A DNA stretch of 22,965 bases from Selaginella moellendorffii (taxonomy: Eukaryota; Plantae; Lycopodiophyta). A program made the position numbers and the translations under genes. Of the stretch, positions 21,177-22,965 are shown piece by piece; positions within the stretch are counted from its first letter, which is position 1; each line of letters starts with the position of its first letter. The DNA lies in contig NW_003314292.1 of the NCBI RefSeq assembly GCF_000143415.4, positions 102,125 through 125,089 on the forward strand. Reading direction: 5' to 3'. Under the pieces are notes generated by a model that did no database searches, was not told the DNA's origin, and was given only the letters and a program-made list of their open reading frames with translations.

Positions 21177-22882
21177 TGTAAGTGACTAAATTTTCTATTC
21201 TATTTTAGTCACTTAACTATACTTTTAACCATTTGGAGATATCTCACTTACAACCTCCATAAGTCTTATTCCCGACTTAAGGACTTACTAACCCCATAAA
21301 TGGCCTCTATGCCACTCTGCTATAGCACTTAGTTCAAGTATTCCATATGTCCGATCCTATGACAGACACTCAAAAGTACCACCAATATATCTGTCTGTTA
21401 CACTAAGGCCATGTTCATTCCCCTTTGTCACACAAATAATCCAAGACCACCTACACTATAATCCGATCTCCCAAAGATTGGACCATCCATTCATGAGTGG
21501 TCATCCCGTGACCACATCTTAGCATCCTTATGATGCCTAGAGACATAGGGAACACCCTTCCCCAATATCCTATCTTTAATCCTTGCCAAGTCTTTCTTTA
21601 TCCTTGGCAGTGCTTGCCAACACCACCACTAGGTTTGGGCCTGAAAGCCCGACCACTAAGTCCCATTGACCTTTGGGACTTCTTCATCACACGACCGTAT
21701 TCTTGGTTTCTACACAAGAGGACTCTTCCTCTTCCTTTCCACACTAGGACCTTAGGATGACATTTCGAAACACTATAGCTCTATGCGAGCTTTATGGGTA
21801 TTCTCCTCACCTTCTGCCTTTGAGTGCCTCACCTATATGGCTAGAGCAAGGTTCTAATGAGCCACTAGGTATCCAAGTAGGTAGTGCCACCCACACTTGG
21901 ATTGAGAGCATTGATTATTAGATCTCCTGGAGGAGCTAGAGTCGGCTCTTGAACACTTCACCAAGCTACCCCATTTGTCTGTCTAAATTCACTCTAGCCT
22001 TGGACTCTTTAATAGTTATATTATCACCCAACACTTGGGGATTGCCTTCCTTAGTCATACTAACCTTTCCTAGCCAAATTGGGACTATAGGAGTCTTCCC
22101 CCTACTATGCTTTTGGAGCTCACCAAACCCCCCTTTGGGAGATGATCGCTCTGGGCTTTCACCCTTGGACTTGGACTTGAACTCGGACTCAGTCTCGGAC
22201 TCTGTTTAAAACTTGGTCACAAACTTGGTCTCGGACTGTAACGCACCTTATCTCTCTCCCCTTAAGTCAATTGGAAAAGGGGCAATTGCTTAATGAGAGA
22301 ACCCTTAGTGGCTATTTTATCCCCATTTATCCCCCAGGTTCCAAGGATCCACGGTGATAGTATATCCAAATCTCATCTCATGATTACATAGGCTACACTG
22401 ATTCAATTTCGGTCTTAATCTCTTTCTTGGCCTTGATCTCAGACTCCATCTCAGGTCCATCTTAGACTTGACCTTTGACACCATCTCGGATCTATCTTAG
22501 ACTCCATCTCGGGTTCATCTCAAACTCCATCATGGGTCCATCTCAGACTCCATCTCGGACTCCATCTCAAATTCATATTAGGTCTATCTCGGGTCTATAC
22601 AGACTTCATCTTGGACTCCTTTTTGGATTTATTCCTAACACTTCCATATATCACGACACTTGCTATATGTTAGTCCTTTTTGTGTCTCTTTTTAGAGATT
22701 CATTCATTGATTGCTTTATACTCATCTCTCGAGCACTTCATTTGGAGTTCCACTCTTACATTCGAGTTTCCAAGTTGGAGCCTTTGGTCCAAACATGTTA
22801 TGCTTGTTAGACTTTCGCTTTGACCACTACCATATGGCACCTTTTCTGCTCCACTTTGGGGTTTAGGGATTTGTGTCTCGTA
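21177..22882 (-). repeat. 5' LTR (~1.7 kb including a 161-bp nested insertion)
   Basis: Ends TTACA beside the PBS. Homology to the 3' LTR stops at 22882 (CTCGTA versus CTCACA, terminal TG mutated). Confidence 0.85.
22237..22397. mobile_element. 161-bp mini solo-LTR-like insertion (possibly TRIM type) nested in the 5' LTR
   Basis: Absent from the 3' LTR. Starts TGTAAC, ends GCTACA; flanks CGGAC and CTGAT fit a decayed 5-bp TSD (3/5); host LTR alignment resumes at 22398. Confidence 0.7.
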
Positions 22883-22965
22883 AATAAAACATCTATAAGT
22901 AAGAGTTGTAGGGTAAATGAATGTGAGAATGTTAATTTTGTTTCACTACCACAATCTCTATATAC

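Larger units (their letters stand above)
16192..22882 (-). mobile_element. Old LTR retrotransposon (gypsy-like, apparently non-autonomous), left end lost in the gap
   Basis: Long direct repeat 16192-17186 versus 21684-22882; PBS beside one LTR and PPT beside the other, both in minus orientation; ~4 kb internal region with gag-like remnants and no recognisable RT. Confidence 0.88.

Noticed and set aside
21460-21520. 5S rRNA-like (Cassandra-type) sequence in the LTR
   Set aside because: Only a few short matching words; no box A/IE/box C arrangement.

Overview
Plant nuclear DNA. The 51-77 nt introns, CpG-rich exons and intron-containing PLS-type PPR gene suggest a lycophyte such as Selaginella; this is inference, not verified. 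A ~3.7 kb island holds two + strand genes: a PLS-E class PPR protein (5664-7338, one intron) and a four-exon group III xyloglucan endotransglucosylase/hydrolase (8207-9342). The island sits among decayed transposons: two TSD-flanked solo LTRs (100-486, 1464-2622), a degenerate Ty3/gypsy pol (~2810-5170, -), a degenerate intron-containing Mutator-type transposase with a C-terminal SWIM finger (~10013-11690, -), two more gypsy pol fragments, and a 100-N gap. The window ends with an old, apparently non-autonomous LTR retrotransposon (~16192-22882, -) with PBS, PPT and a 161-bp mini solo LTR nested in its 5' LTR. The least explained signal is a ~90-nt module (GAAA-tetraloop hairpin, G-tract, conserved box) shared by two otherwise dissimilar LTRs. 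I found no convincing new multi-gene system. All alignments were done by eye.
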